Origin: Octopus vulgaris
Lineage: Eukaryota
Reading direction: 5' to 3'
NCBI GenBank assembly: GCA_951406725.2
Contig: OX597838.1
Coordinates: forward strand, 35,774,001-35,838,000
Length of the DNA stretch: 64,000 nucleotides
The notes below the pieces were generated by a model that was given only the letters and a program-made list of their open reading frames with translations, did not search any database and was not told the DNA's origin. Position 1 is the first letter of the stretch, and every line of letters begins with the position of its first letter. Positions 51,934 through 64,000 of this stretch are shown piece by piece. A program made the translations under genes and the position numbers.

Positions 51934-53938
51934 TCTACCAATTAAGCACTGGGTTTGATGTAATCAATCTCCTCGTTCCCTTAAAATTGCTGGCATTGTA
52001 CCAAAATTAGAAAGAGTTATTCATAAATATCTTTTCACTCTTTCACTACCCCCAATCTATTTAGTCCAGTCAGAAAACATTCACCTCTCTATGATGAGGG
52101 ATTCTCCTGTGAAACACGTGACTTATCCCTCTTCCTCAGAACAAATCAAATTTCTTTCCACTCATGAATTGTTTACTTACTAATCAATTGCCACTGCAGA
52201 CCCTCTCGAATTTCCTTTGATTCTACAATTCACCTTGATTAGATTTTAATGCTTTTTTAGAAAATTACAACCTCGTTGGAGAATTCTTTGGTGCTGGTGT
52301 TCTGGAAGTTGAACTGATGGCTTTTTAACTGACTTCAGGTTTGGATCACTCCTCGTATCACTACCACTGCCATCATACACACACTATTTTTGCGCTGATT
52401 CAGCTTGATTGAATCTGTGCTGAGTTTATCTTCAGGCTCATTGACACACTTAAGCTCCTGCTCAGTATCGAACCAGAAAAAACTTAGAACTGAACCAAAC
52501 AGGTTGAGGCCAAGCCATGATAGAACTTGTGACTAACCTGCATTCAAATGAATATTGCAGTTCCCCTATATTCCCAGCATGTGAGTTGTCTCCACAAGAA
52601 ACAAAGGAACTTATGCTACAGTATTTGGCCAGTCCAATCCCTGAGGAGTGTGGCAGGGATATGAAGCAATCTCTCGAAAAGGTGAGGCTTGCACCAATCT
52701 GGCTTTGAATGTAAATTTGGAGGTGTAAGAGAGAGCATGTACAACAGCTACAATGTTATTGATGTCAGATATGGTCGAGAACTTATCTGTCTTCTAAATT
52801 TTTAATCCTTATCAGGTGAAGATCTTATTTTTTCTTTCTTCTGTGTGTGTATATGTATGGGGTAGGCAACAATTATAATGAAAGTGTGCCAGTTGTGTCC
52901 CGGGGTACCGTGTCAGTCATTTATACTATTACCTTAACAAATGTGTAGTTTTGCGATGCAAGACATCATTGTCTGAAAAATTCCTAAAAAACCATCAAAT
53001 TATGGAAGAGGTTTGAGCATTTTGGCCAAATGCTTATCTAAGAATGAAGTCACATAGCCTAGTGGTTAGGGTGTTGCAGTCATGATCAGACGATCACAGT
53101 TTCAATTCCTTGTAACTAGGTAGTGTAGTGTCTGTCTGAGCAAAGCACTTCATTTCGTGTTGCTCCAGTCTGTTCAGCTTAAGTTCTGGTACTAGTTGGG
53201 AAGGGAACTCTGTGATGGATTGGTGACCAATCCAGGTTGGTAGTGTTGCAATTGCATTCACTTAAACACTATGGAACTTGTATTAAACCCATAAGTCTCA
53301 TCAAAGACAACTTTTTTAAGAAATTTTTATTTTTAATTTCTAGAATTTTCCCCATTCTTTCAAAACTATGTACTAATTTCATTTATTTTATTTTTCCTGT
53401 TTTCTATATTTGTATTTATATTACATTTTTATTTTTTAGATTATTTGGTTTTTTTTGGTAGTTTTTTTTTTGCACTTTTGTTTTTATTTTTTGCTATGTT
53501 TACTACAAATTCAATAAAATTACAATTAGAGTTTTACCATTTCCAGTGGCTTTCATAAATTTACAATGCATTGTCGATTCTTGGTTACTGGTTCCTCACT
53601 TGCACAGGTCCACCCCCACTGACGCTACTTTTTAAAGTTGCTGTGTGTGACTGCTGCCACGACTAAGCAGAACACAGCAGGAACAAGAGAGGAAGAGACA
53701 ACACCAAAATCTAAAGAGAAAAACAAAAAAAATGTGTGCGCAAAGATCATAAAATATAAATGAAATTTTGAATAAAATAAAAAAGTACAACTAATACAAC
53801 TAATAACAAAAATAACAAAAATAGTAAGAAAAACATAATTACTAACATTAATAATAAAAGTGAAAGTAGTTAAAGCAACAACACATTGTAATAACAACAA
53901 AAATGACAACAACATATGTAATAACAACAACAGTGATA

Positions 53939-54105
53939 TAGGCGCAGGAGTGGCTGTGTGGTAAGTAGCTTGTTTAACAACCACATGGTTCCGGGTTCAG
54001 TCCCACTGCGTGGCACCTTGGGCAAGTGTCTTCTGCTATAGCCTCGGGCCGACCAAAGCCTTGTGAGTGGATTTGGTAGATGGAAACTGAAAGAAGCCCG
54101 TCGTA

Positions 54106-54144
<39 letters not shown>

Positions 54145-54361
54145 GTGTGTGTGTTTGTGTGTCTGTGTTTGTCCCCCTAGCATTGCTTGACAACCGATGC
54201 TGGTGTGTTTAAGTCCCCGTCACTTAGTGGTTCGGCAAAAGAGACCGATAGAATAAGTACTGGGCTTACAAAAGAATAAGTCCCGGGGTCGAGTTGCTCG
54301 ATTAAAGGCGGTGCTCCAGCATGGCCGCAGTCAAATGACTGAAACAGGTAAAAGATTAAAG
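53939..54361 (+). mobile_element. SINE family A
   Basis: Family consensus. Confidence 0.85.
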
Positions 54362-54429
54362 ACAGAAAAAATATTAAACAACATTCGTTAGAGCAAGAAA
54401 TTATCATCATCACCATCAACTTCATGATG

Positions 54430-54810
54430 ATGATCATCATCATAATTATTTAGCATCCATTTTCCATGCTGGCATGGGTTAGACTGTTTGATGGGAAATG
54501 GTAAGATGGCGAGCTGTGCCAGGCTCCAGTCTGACCTGGTTTGATTTCTACTGCTGGGTGTCCTTCTTAATGCCAACCACTCCAAGAGGGTAGTGGGTGC
54601 CGGTTGTGCATCACTGGCTCGGGTGCCTTTTATGTATGACTGGCATGGGTGTGTGATGTGTTTTCTTAAGCACAGCAAATCACCAAAGGTTGTGACCACT
54701 TGTCATCACATCCGTGAGGCTCAACATCCAAAGATCATGCTTCACCACCTCATCCCATGTCTTCCTGGGTCTATCTCTTCTGCAGATTCCCTCCACAGTT
54801 TGAGAATAGC
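54430..54810 (-). mobile_element. RTE LINE 3' end (ORF C-terminus plus 3' UTR)
   Basis: VEGICRRDRPRKTWDEVVKHDL, followed by the 3' UTR shared with many copies in this window. Confidence 0.8.
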
Positions 54811-55025
54811 ACAGCATTATAACCAACAACAGCAGCAGTGGAGGCGCAAAGGCCCAGTGGTTAGGGCAGCGGACTCGCAGCCATAAGAACGCGGTTTCAA
54901 TTCTCAGACCGGGCATTGTGAGTGTTTATTGAACAAAACACCTAAGCTACATGAAGCTCCGGCAGGTGTGTGTGAACCCTGCTGTACTCTTTCACCACAA
55001 CTTTCTCTCACTCTTTCCTCCTACT

Positions 55026-55345
55026 TCTGCTACAAAGCAGAGGAACCATGGTGTAACCCACTATGGTGTGGTAAACTTTCAGACCCTAGTCCAGATTGCG
55101 AAACCTCTGTACCCCAGGATGGTTCAGCTCTCCACCCACTAAAAGCCACCGTTTACGGAACGAGGATAACAACGTAGCTTTCGCACCCGTGCAACCGCCA
55201 GTCTATCGCCTGTGGTGGGTGGATCTTCAAGTTGCCACACGCATTCTTAGTAGCTTAGAGTAGGCTCGAATTAGAGATTATTCTTTGTGGCTAATGGCAT
55301 GAGTCCTGATTGGAAGAAGAAGAAGAAGAAGAAGAAGAAGAAGAA
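55026..55345 (+). mobile_element. Probable retroelement 3' end with (GAA)n tail, truncating a SINE
   Basis: Unique block ending in (GAA)n directly after a broken SINE. Confidence 0.4.
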
Positions 55346-55359
55346 AACAGCTGCATTAA

Positions 55360-55990
55360 TATTAACAACAACAAGAAATGATAGAATTAGCAACAGCAAC
55401 AAAAATATTGTTGACCAACAACATTAAGAACAGCAACAAGAACGAGAGAATTAACAGCAACAATAGCTGCATTGACAACATCGATGTTAGCAGCAACAAA
55501 AACGTTGCTAACAACTATAAGCTAACAGAATTAGCAACAACAAGAAACATTAACAACTGCAACAATACTAACAAGAACAGAATTAGCAACTACAATTACA
55601 AAAATATTACTACTGAAAACAGAATTTAAAAAACAACATTAGCAACATAAACAAAACCAAATACAATGGCATTAATAATAACAACAATAGCAACAACCAC
55701 AGGATAGTCAAAAACAACTACAAAAACATTAACAACTGCAACAATACTAACAAGAACAGAATTAGCAACTACAATTACAAAAATATTACTACTGATAACA
55801 GAATTTAAAAAAATAAATTACCAACAACAACATTAGCAACATAAACAAAATCAAATACAACGGCTTTAATAACAACAACAGCAGCAACAACCACAGGATA
55901 GTCAAAAACAACTACAAAAACATTACCAACAACAACAACAATAAAAGCATTTAACAGCAACAAAAAGATCAACAGCATTAGCAACCACAA
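55360..55990. repeat. CAA-rich degenerate repeat with an internal ~180-bp duplication
   Basis: cattaacaactgcaacaatactaacaagaacagaattagc occurs twice (~55548 and ~55727). Confidence 0.8.
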
Positions 55991-56426
55991 AAAAAGATCT
56001 AACGCATCGTCAAAGATGAAGCTTGTTCAAAAACTCGCTGGGTGGGTGTCTGCCTGTGTATTTGTATTTTGTGTTTTGGCGGGCTGGAGGCTGATAAACA
56101 TTATCGGAAATTAAAACTCTGAACCAAACTTGCACCCATGCTGCGTTATCTGTCTGTGTCGGGGGGGGAGAGCAGGGGGTTTTGTGAGAGGTGGTCGGTT
56201 GGGTGGGGTTGATGTCTTATTTGCACTCTTCTCTTTTTCCCCACCCCACCGCCACCACCCCTCTCAATCATGCCACGGTGCTGCCAACAAAAGGATGAAA
56301 CTTCACTTTAGTGAAAGCTTTTGTCTCATGCTGGCTTTCAATTATTTATTTTTATTTATTTGATTACATTTATTTTTATTTATTTTATTTTATACGTTTT
56401 GATTTTGTTTTTAGATTTTTTCACAC

Positions 56427-56579
<153 letters not shown>

Positions 56580-56623
56580 ATATGTATATATATATTTATA
56601 TGTATATATATGTATATATATAT

Positions 56624-56706
<83 letters not shown>

Positions 56707-57355
56707 TATATATATTCTATTTTTGCTTACATTTTTATTTCAATTTTCTTTATGTTTCTCTCTCCTCTGTGTATGTATTGTTTTTCATTATTTATTTATA
56801 TATCACATTTGTTTAAAAATTTTTTTTTTTTTACTGTCTTTTTTATTTTTTATTTCATCTCTTTTTGTTGATGTTGCTTATTTTACGCTGTCACTCCTTG
56901 AATACCAATTTTGTTAGATTCTCATACACACTCAACTCAAAATTAAATGGATCCACTATCAATTTCGATGCTAAATTTCTCTTATTCATACATGTGGATG
57001 CTTGTGTATGCTTTATATTAAATCTGTAAACAAAGTTACAATCCTATGTTTTAACAAATGTATTTTTAGGCTAATTGGGAAACTAGAAACAATGATCGTT
57101 CTTTCTATTTGTTGATGGTTATTTTCACAATAACACTGAAGCTATGTTTAATGTTGTTACCAATCTATTTTCAAAGTTAATCCCATGTATATTGCATTGA
57201 TTCAGCCGCTCTCTCTGTCCCCCCCTCTCTCTCTCTATACACACACACACACATATATATCATATATGTGTGTGTTTATATATATATATATATGATGGGC
57301 TTCTTTCAGTTTCTATCTACCAAATCCACCCACACGGCTTTGGTTGGCTTTAGGC

Positions 57356-57392
<37 letters not shown>

Positions 57393-57394
<2 letters not shown>

Positions 57395-57646
57395 GAGGCG
57401 CAATGGCCTAGTGGTTAGGGCAGCGAACTCGCGGTCGTAGGATCGCGGTTTCGATTCCCAGACCGGGCGTTGTGAGTGTTTATTGAGCGAAAACACCTAA
57501 AAGCTCCACGAGACTCCGGCAGGGGGTGGTGATCCCTGCTGTACTCTTTCACCACTCTTTCTTCTGTTGGCCTGCTCGCTTAGCCATGCGAACGCATTGT
57601 GACCAGCGATGTGTAACTACATCTGATGGACTGGTCGGTCACGTGA
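57393..57646 (+). mobile_element. SINE family C, alternative 3' part
   Basis: Same head as 36947 with a different tail; inserted in (TA)n. Confidence 0.8.
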
Positions 57647-57712
57647 TATATATATATATATATCCTGTCCGTGTTTTTTGTATCGTCTTCTAAATGTTTT
57701 TGTCCCAGTTTG

Positions 57713-57743
<31 letters not shown>

Positions 57744-57777
57744 GTAGTAGTGTACGTACCCTCTCTCTTATATGTAA

Positions 57778-57815
<38 letters not shown>

Positions 57816-58039
57816 TTGCTAGTTTATTTTGTCTTTTTGTCTTCTCTCCTAGTGCTGTATGAACTTTTAATGTGGTTTTTAGTGTCAAGTTTTGGCTGCC
57901 ATTTTAAGTGTGGTGGTACCTCTTAGATACCCTAAATTATAATTTTAATAATAATTATTACCTTTGAAGGTTTTTATTCCCGTGCTGGCCACTTGATAAG
58001 TTCAATATTTAAATAGCGATCTCATCCATATTTATATAA

Positions 58040-58084
<45 letters not shown>

Positions 58085-58131
58085 TAAATTATGGATTGTA
58101 GTCGATCGAAGATTTTAAAAAAATTACTTTA

Positions 58132-58193
58132 CTCTCGACATATGTTTCGAAGACAGCATGTTTTCATTCCAAGGGAATAAAGGGTGCAATCTT
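58132..58193 (-). ncRNA. Truncated hammerhead (stem II, GAAA, stem III, GUC; 5' core lost at a TA run)
   Basis: AAGATTGCA..TGCTGTCTTC-GAA-ACATATGT-C; shares acatatgtttcgaag with the 28.2 kb copy. Confidence 0.5.
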
Positions 58194-58224
<31 letters not shown>

Positions 58225-58260
58225 ATGTATGTATATATTAGATTGTGACCAATCTAGGGA

Positions 58261-58585
58261 TCCACCTTGAAGGGCTTTAGCTGATTAAATTGACCCCAGG
58301 TAATTTTTCCTACTTTTTAAGCCTGTACTCATTCTGTCGGCATATTTTGCTGAACTGTCAAGAAGTGGTTGACACACACACACACACACACACACACTCT
58401 CTCTCTCTCTTGCATATATGTGTGTGTTTATATATATATATATGATGGGCTTCTTTCGGTTTCCATCTACCAAATCCACCCACAAGGCTTTGGTTGGCCT
58501 GAGGCTATAATAGAAGACACTTACCCAAGGTGTCATGCAATGGGACTGAACCCGGAACCATGTGATCAGGAAGCAAGCTTCTTAC
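58261..58585 (-). mobile_element. SINE family A, diverged
   Basis: Degenerate reverse copy. Confidence 0.7.
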
Positions 58586-59148
58586 TACAGGATTAGGTAC
58601 ACCTTTTATCCAATTAAGGCACACGTAATTATATGCTTAAAACACCTTACATGATATAATACATTTTGCTGTTCAACATCATTCTTCATATGCATGTATG
58701 TATGTATGCATGTGTGTGTGTGTGTGTGTATGCATGTGTGTGTGTGTGTGTGTATTTTAATTCTCTGCATCAATTGATATTTCGCTTCCAGTGTTGAAAG
58801 AAGGTTTGACACGATTTAAAGACAGAAGTCAATCGATCAATCAGTTTGTTAAAATAAATAAATAACAGTTTACAAAGTGAGGCGAGTACGTCAGTTTGCT
58901 GTGCAGAAGAAAAAAGAGAGAGAGAGAGATGATGATGATGATGATGACGATGATGAAGCCAAGACTCTTCTCCAGTGTCAGCAAAACCAACTCATTCCAC
59001 TTTGTAGTTAATATTTCGCTGATGGAGACCATCACCAGTTTTCTCATATTTTACTGTTTCCCTTTGATGTTGAGTTAATCATTTTCACCGAGTTTGTCAC
59101 TGAGAGACGGAAATGTGAAAGGAAACAAAAAATAGCTGGACAAAAAAA

Positions 59149-59181
<33 letters not shown>

Positions 59182-60030
59182 GAATTAAACAATTAGGAAA
59201 GTTACCAAGCTTGGGCATTTTTTTTTTTTGGTTACTAACCATTACTAAATAGCTTTCAATAATAAAACAAAATACTTAAATATTTTCTTGTTTTTATTTA
59301 TTTTCATTTTTTATTGTGTTCTTTAATTTTTTGATATTTTGTATTTAAAAAACAAATTAGCAATATTTTGTTAGCTCTCATGAATATTATTATGCTGTGT
59401 TCTTGTACCCCTTCAGAGCTGTTATTTACATACATAGCCCTTGGCACCTTATGGGGCATAGGACACCAATGACTTTTCCCCTAGTCATGACTTTTCCCCT
59501 ATTCTTGACACCATTTTCTGCTTTTCTTCAGTTGAATCCCAGCCTTTTCATTTTGGGTTTCTCTGCATTACCTCATATTTTTCCCCGATGAAGGGCCATC
59601 CTCTGCTAAGTCTTGTTGGTTTTGAGTTGTCATTGATGTTTCTGTAACTTTGAAGTTTTCTAGAAACAGCTGTTGGCCTTATACAAATTAACTTTCACCT
59701 CATATTCACCAAATTTCATTTTCCGAGAAGGACCGGTCCACCATGGAAGGTCCTAAAGGGAGCTTGTACTCCACTGGCATAGATGTCATCGTTATTGTGG
59801 CACATAAGTCACCACACCACTACAAATACTGGACCTTGTTGAAAAATCTTCCCAGTTGTTGGTGTATGGCAAAACACACAAGGAGGATTTCATCCTTTGT
59901 TTAGAAATTCATAGACAGAAGCCAAACCCTTAATTTCTACTCCAATACCATATATGTATATATGTGTATATATGGACATTTTTAACATCCAACTTCCATG
60001 CATGTATGGGTAGGACTATATATATATTGA

Positions 60031-60260
60031 ATAGGCGGCGAGCTGGGTGAAACGTTAGCGCGCCGGGCGAAATGCTTAACGGTATTTCGTCTGTCGCTAC
60101 GTTCTGAGTTCAAATTCCGCTGAGATCGACTTTGCCTTTCATCCTTTCGGAGTCGATAAATTAAGTACCAGTTATGCACTGGGTCGATGTAATCGACTTA
60201 ATCCCTTTGTCTGTCCTTGTTTGTCCTCTCTGTGTTTAGCCCCTTGTGGGTAGTAAAAAA
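60031..60260 (+). mobile_element. SINE family B
   Basis: Consensus; flanking tat.tattgaata repeat. Older copies near 19090, 19315, 26425, 31585 and 40255. Confidence 0.85.
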
Positions 60261-60984
60261 AAATATATATGTATTGAATACTCATTGGGGGTTGTTAGGG
60301 GACACAAAAACATGTAACTTCTGTTGAAGAATCTATATGCTGTAGCTCTTTGGATTCTGAGCTCACAACTGCCAAGGTTAACTCCACTTTTCATTTTTCC
60401 AGGGCCAATAAAATGAAGTACTAGTCAAGTACTGGGAACCAGTATTATCAGCATGTTCCCTCCCACTAAAACTGCTGGTTTTGTACCTAAATTTGAAACA
60501 ATTTGCATTGAAGACGAGTGATTGTCGTGTGCTAAGGACAGGTAAATACCCAGAAACTCGGGTCCATGCATATCACATCAGGATGACGATGGAAAGGATG
60601 GCTTCCCTTTGCAAATACTGATAGGCCACAGAAAGTGTGTCAATAACCAGCTGGAGATGATGTTCTCCTGGGGCTACAAGCTACAGTAGCATCCATCCTT
60701 GGTGGTTAACCACATTTAAGTGGCAAATATACTTCACATTGTCATGCAGCTACTGTTTATACCTCGTGCAGAGATTTCTTATTGCTTATATAATTATCAT
60801 TAAGGCAGAAAGGAAGGTGACACACTGGCAGGATCGTTACTGTGCCAGACAAAATTCTTACCAGCATTTCTTTGGATTATACATTCTGTGTACAAATGCT
60901 GTAGGGGGTGACTTTGCCTTTTATTCTCTCAGTGTTGATAAAATAAGTACCAGTTAAACACTGGGGTCGATGTAATCAATTTAC

Positions 60985-61527
60985 CCCCCACCCTCAAAAT
61001 TGCTGGTCTTGTGCCAAAATTTGAAACTATCATTAAGAGGGCAAGCTAACAGTTCATAACTGATTTGCCCCTTCCCCTTAAAATTCTTTGCCTTGTACCA
61101 AAATTTGAAACTATCATTAATGCAGCAAGCTAACCGTCATAACCAATTTGCCCCTCCCATTAAAATTGTTAGCCGTGTGTTAAAATTTTAAACCATTATT
61201 GAGGCAGCAAGCTGACAGTCATAATCGATTTGGCCCCTTCCCCTTAAAATTCTTTGCCTTGTACCAAAATTTGAAACTATCATCAAGGCATCAAGCTAAC
61301 TGTCAAAACCAATGTGCCCCTCCCCTTAAAATTCTTTGCCTTGTACCAAAATTTGAAACCATCATTAAGAGGGCAAGCTAACCGTCAAAACCAATTTGCC
61401 CCTCCCATTAAAATTGTTAGCCTTCTGTCAAAATTTCAAACCATTACTGAGGCAGCAAGCTGACAGTCGTAATCGATTTGGCACCTCCCTTTGAAATCGC
61501 TAGCCTTGTCTCAAAATTTGAAACAAT
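60985..61527 (+). repeat. ~83-bp SINE-derived minisatellite
   Basis: aaaattt.aaac at 61016, 61100, 61182, 61266, 61348, 61430 and 61514. Confidence 0.88.
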
Positions 61528-63098
61528 ATTTCTATTTACCATATTTCCTTCTTCGTATTTGTTATGCTTACTATATTATATTTGTTATTTGCACTTCATA
61601 GTATTTATACCGTTATATATATATACTACGTTTGCTTTTTGTTTACATTATTCTCTTAACACAACTGTCTTTACATCGCCAGAGTGTGTATGGCATTAAT
61701 GTATGAAGCTACTTATTACTGATTGGTCTTCATTTATTGTGAAACTCTTTCATCACATAAATGGAAGTTGATTCCGATAAACCATAACCTACTGAAGTGC
61801 AACGGTCTTGCTAGAATCAACCCATAAAGAATTGTTTATGTATAAACATGCACACAAACACACACACACACACACACACACACATCTATGCACGCACATA
61901 CATGTATGCACACATATATTACTGCATATAACTGTGTGTGTTTATGTATACACATGTATGAATATATACATACATATATATATATACACATATATATATA
62001 TATGTATATATATACACAGCTGTATGTGTGTGTATGTGCATCTGTTAGTGCACATAGATATACGTATATGTTTAAAGGGATTCAATTCATCCTTCTCATG
62101 TATATGAATTTACGCTTCTGGGTCTTCAGTCATGACAACAACAACAACAGCCCTTTGTATGTAAATGAAAAGCAGAAATAAGCAACTTTGTGGAAGAAAA
62201 TAGATATTCGCACAATAAAAGTGTGTATTATATGTATATACATCATGTAGGTATATATCATATATATATATATATATATAGATATATATATATATATAAA
62301 ATGTATACATATGTATATATATGTATGTATATATTTATACACTATATATATGTGTGTATTTGTGTATATATATGTATATGTGTGTGTATATATATGATGT
62401 ATAAGTATAAAAAGTAATTTTCTTGGCCTCAGTTGCAATTCAGTTCTTCTTTGCTTTTTCAATACCAGCTTGCTTGCAAATCACTTTCTCTGTGTGTGTG
62501 TGTGTGTATGTGTGTGTGTGTGTGTGTGTGTATGTGTGTGTGTTCTGTCGGTGGGGCAGGGTTCCCATTTAGCAGGGATATTCTGTTTTTACTGTTTTTT
62601 TACGTCCGCTTTGTCATTGAGGTTTATTGAGGTCAATCAAATATTACGTGGTTCTTTACACAATGTTAATACCGAGAAATTGTTGTTGTTGTTACTCTTG
62701 TTGTCGTTGTTATCGTTATTTATTTATTTATTTATTTTTTTCAATATATTTTCTTATATTTACATATTTACTTATGCCGCTTACTCAACATCTAAATGGA
62801 TCTTTCATTAAATGCCTGTTCATGGTGGTTTCTTGGTTCTTATCTGAGGCTACGGTTGTCTTTGAGTATTCGGTTAAAAATTACTACGCACTCTGTTTTT
62901 TTTTTTGTGTGTATGTGTACATTTTTAAGGCAACACGCGGGTGTATATACACATCTCCCACACGTATAGACACATATACCCATTATATTATATAATATAT
63001 GTTCCCAAATACATTATATGCCATATATACATATTTATATATATATGGACACAAATACAATACACATATAATATGCATATTTACACATAATGAGTGCT

Positions 63099-63150
<52 letters not shown>

Positions 63151-63163
63151 CACAAACACACAC

Positions 63164-63202
<39 letters not shown>

Positions 63203-63221
63203 TATATATATATATATATAC

Positions 63222-63289
<68 letters not shown>

Positions 63290-63292
63290 CAT

Positions 63293-63337
<45 letters not shown>

Positions 63338-63370
63338 TATATATATACACATAGATATATACACACACAT

Positions 63371-63402
<32 letters not shown>

Positions 63403-63943
63403 AACACACACATTATATATATATATATATATACACAAACACACACATTATATATATATATACATTATATATATATATACAGACACACATTATATATGTA
63501 TATATATGTTATATATAAATAATGGCTTTTTATTTCTTTTCAACGTCTTGCTAGCTTCACATAAAGCTTTTGATATTCCTTTCTCGTATGAGCTTGGCAA
63601 GAAAACTGATTTGGAATTGTATGTTAAAACAGATATTGTTGCAATTTGCTAAAGTAATATTCGTCATTTACTTTATACACACTGATCTTTATTCAACCTT
63701 TTATTACTTCTTTTTATGTTTTTTTCTTTTGTTTTTCCTTTTTTCTTTTTCTTTTTTTTTGTTTTGCTTATGCTTAATAGTATCTCAGGCTTTCATGTTC
63801 CATCTATATCCTGGTCACAGACACTCCACTTCCCTCATGTGTATTTGTATATATAAACGTGTGTGTGTGTATATCTACATGTGCATATGTATGCGCATGT
63901 ATATGTGTGTGTATATATATATATATATGAATATACATGTATC

Positions 63944-63979
<36 letters not shown>

Positions 63980-64000
63980 TATGCAAGTATGTATATATGC

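Noticed and set aside
52085-52125. Hammerhead-like TGATGAGGGA..GAAACACGTG
   Set aside because: C3, the cleavage triplet and stem I are missing; too degenerate to call
52200-52830. Moderate-GC unique block with a 63-aa ORF
   Set aside because: No recognisable domain, splice signals or TE termini; cannot classify without a search
63700-63840. Strong pyrimidine tract with TGC motifs and AG at 63779-63780 as the next exon
   Set aside because: No cwf21-like translation in phase 2 and no convincing donor

Overview
AT-rich, microsatellite- and transposon-dense eukaryotic DNA. The SINE and LINE repertoire resembles that of a cephalopod (probably Octopus; inference). Only one host coding exon is supportable: 15609-15966 (+), encoding a Cwc21/cwf21-domain N-terminus of the SRRM2/3/4 splicing-factor family. 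Its N-terminal peptide is unusually diverged and it carries a 14-Pro insertion. No next homologous exon was found, so the remaining ~48 kb is probably intron. The rest is tRNA-derived SINEs, RTE- and CR1-like LINE fragments, a decayed full-length mariner, MITEs (mariner, Tigger, hAT, piggyBac-like), three non-autonomous Helitrons and simple repeats. The main hidden structure is a set of type I hammerhead-ribozyme motifs in probable Penelope-like remnants. One has an intact core (28239-28324, minus), one pair is a G3:C8 core variant inside a fold-back, and a 376-bp palindrome is centred on a hammerhead-like stem. Nearly all long ORFs in the track are microsatellite artefacts. Coordinates were counted by eye; repeat boundaries are approximate.
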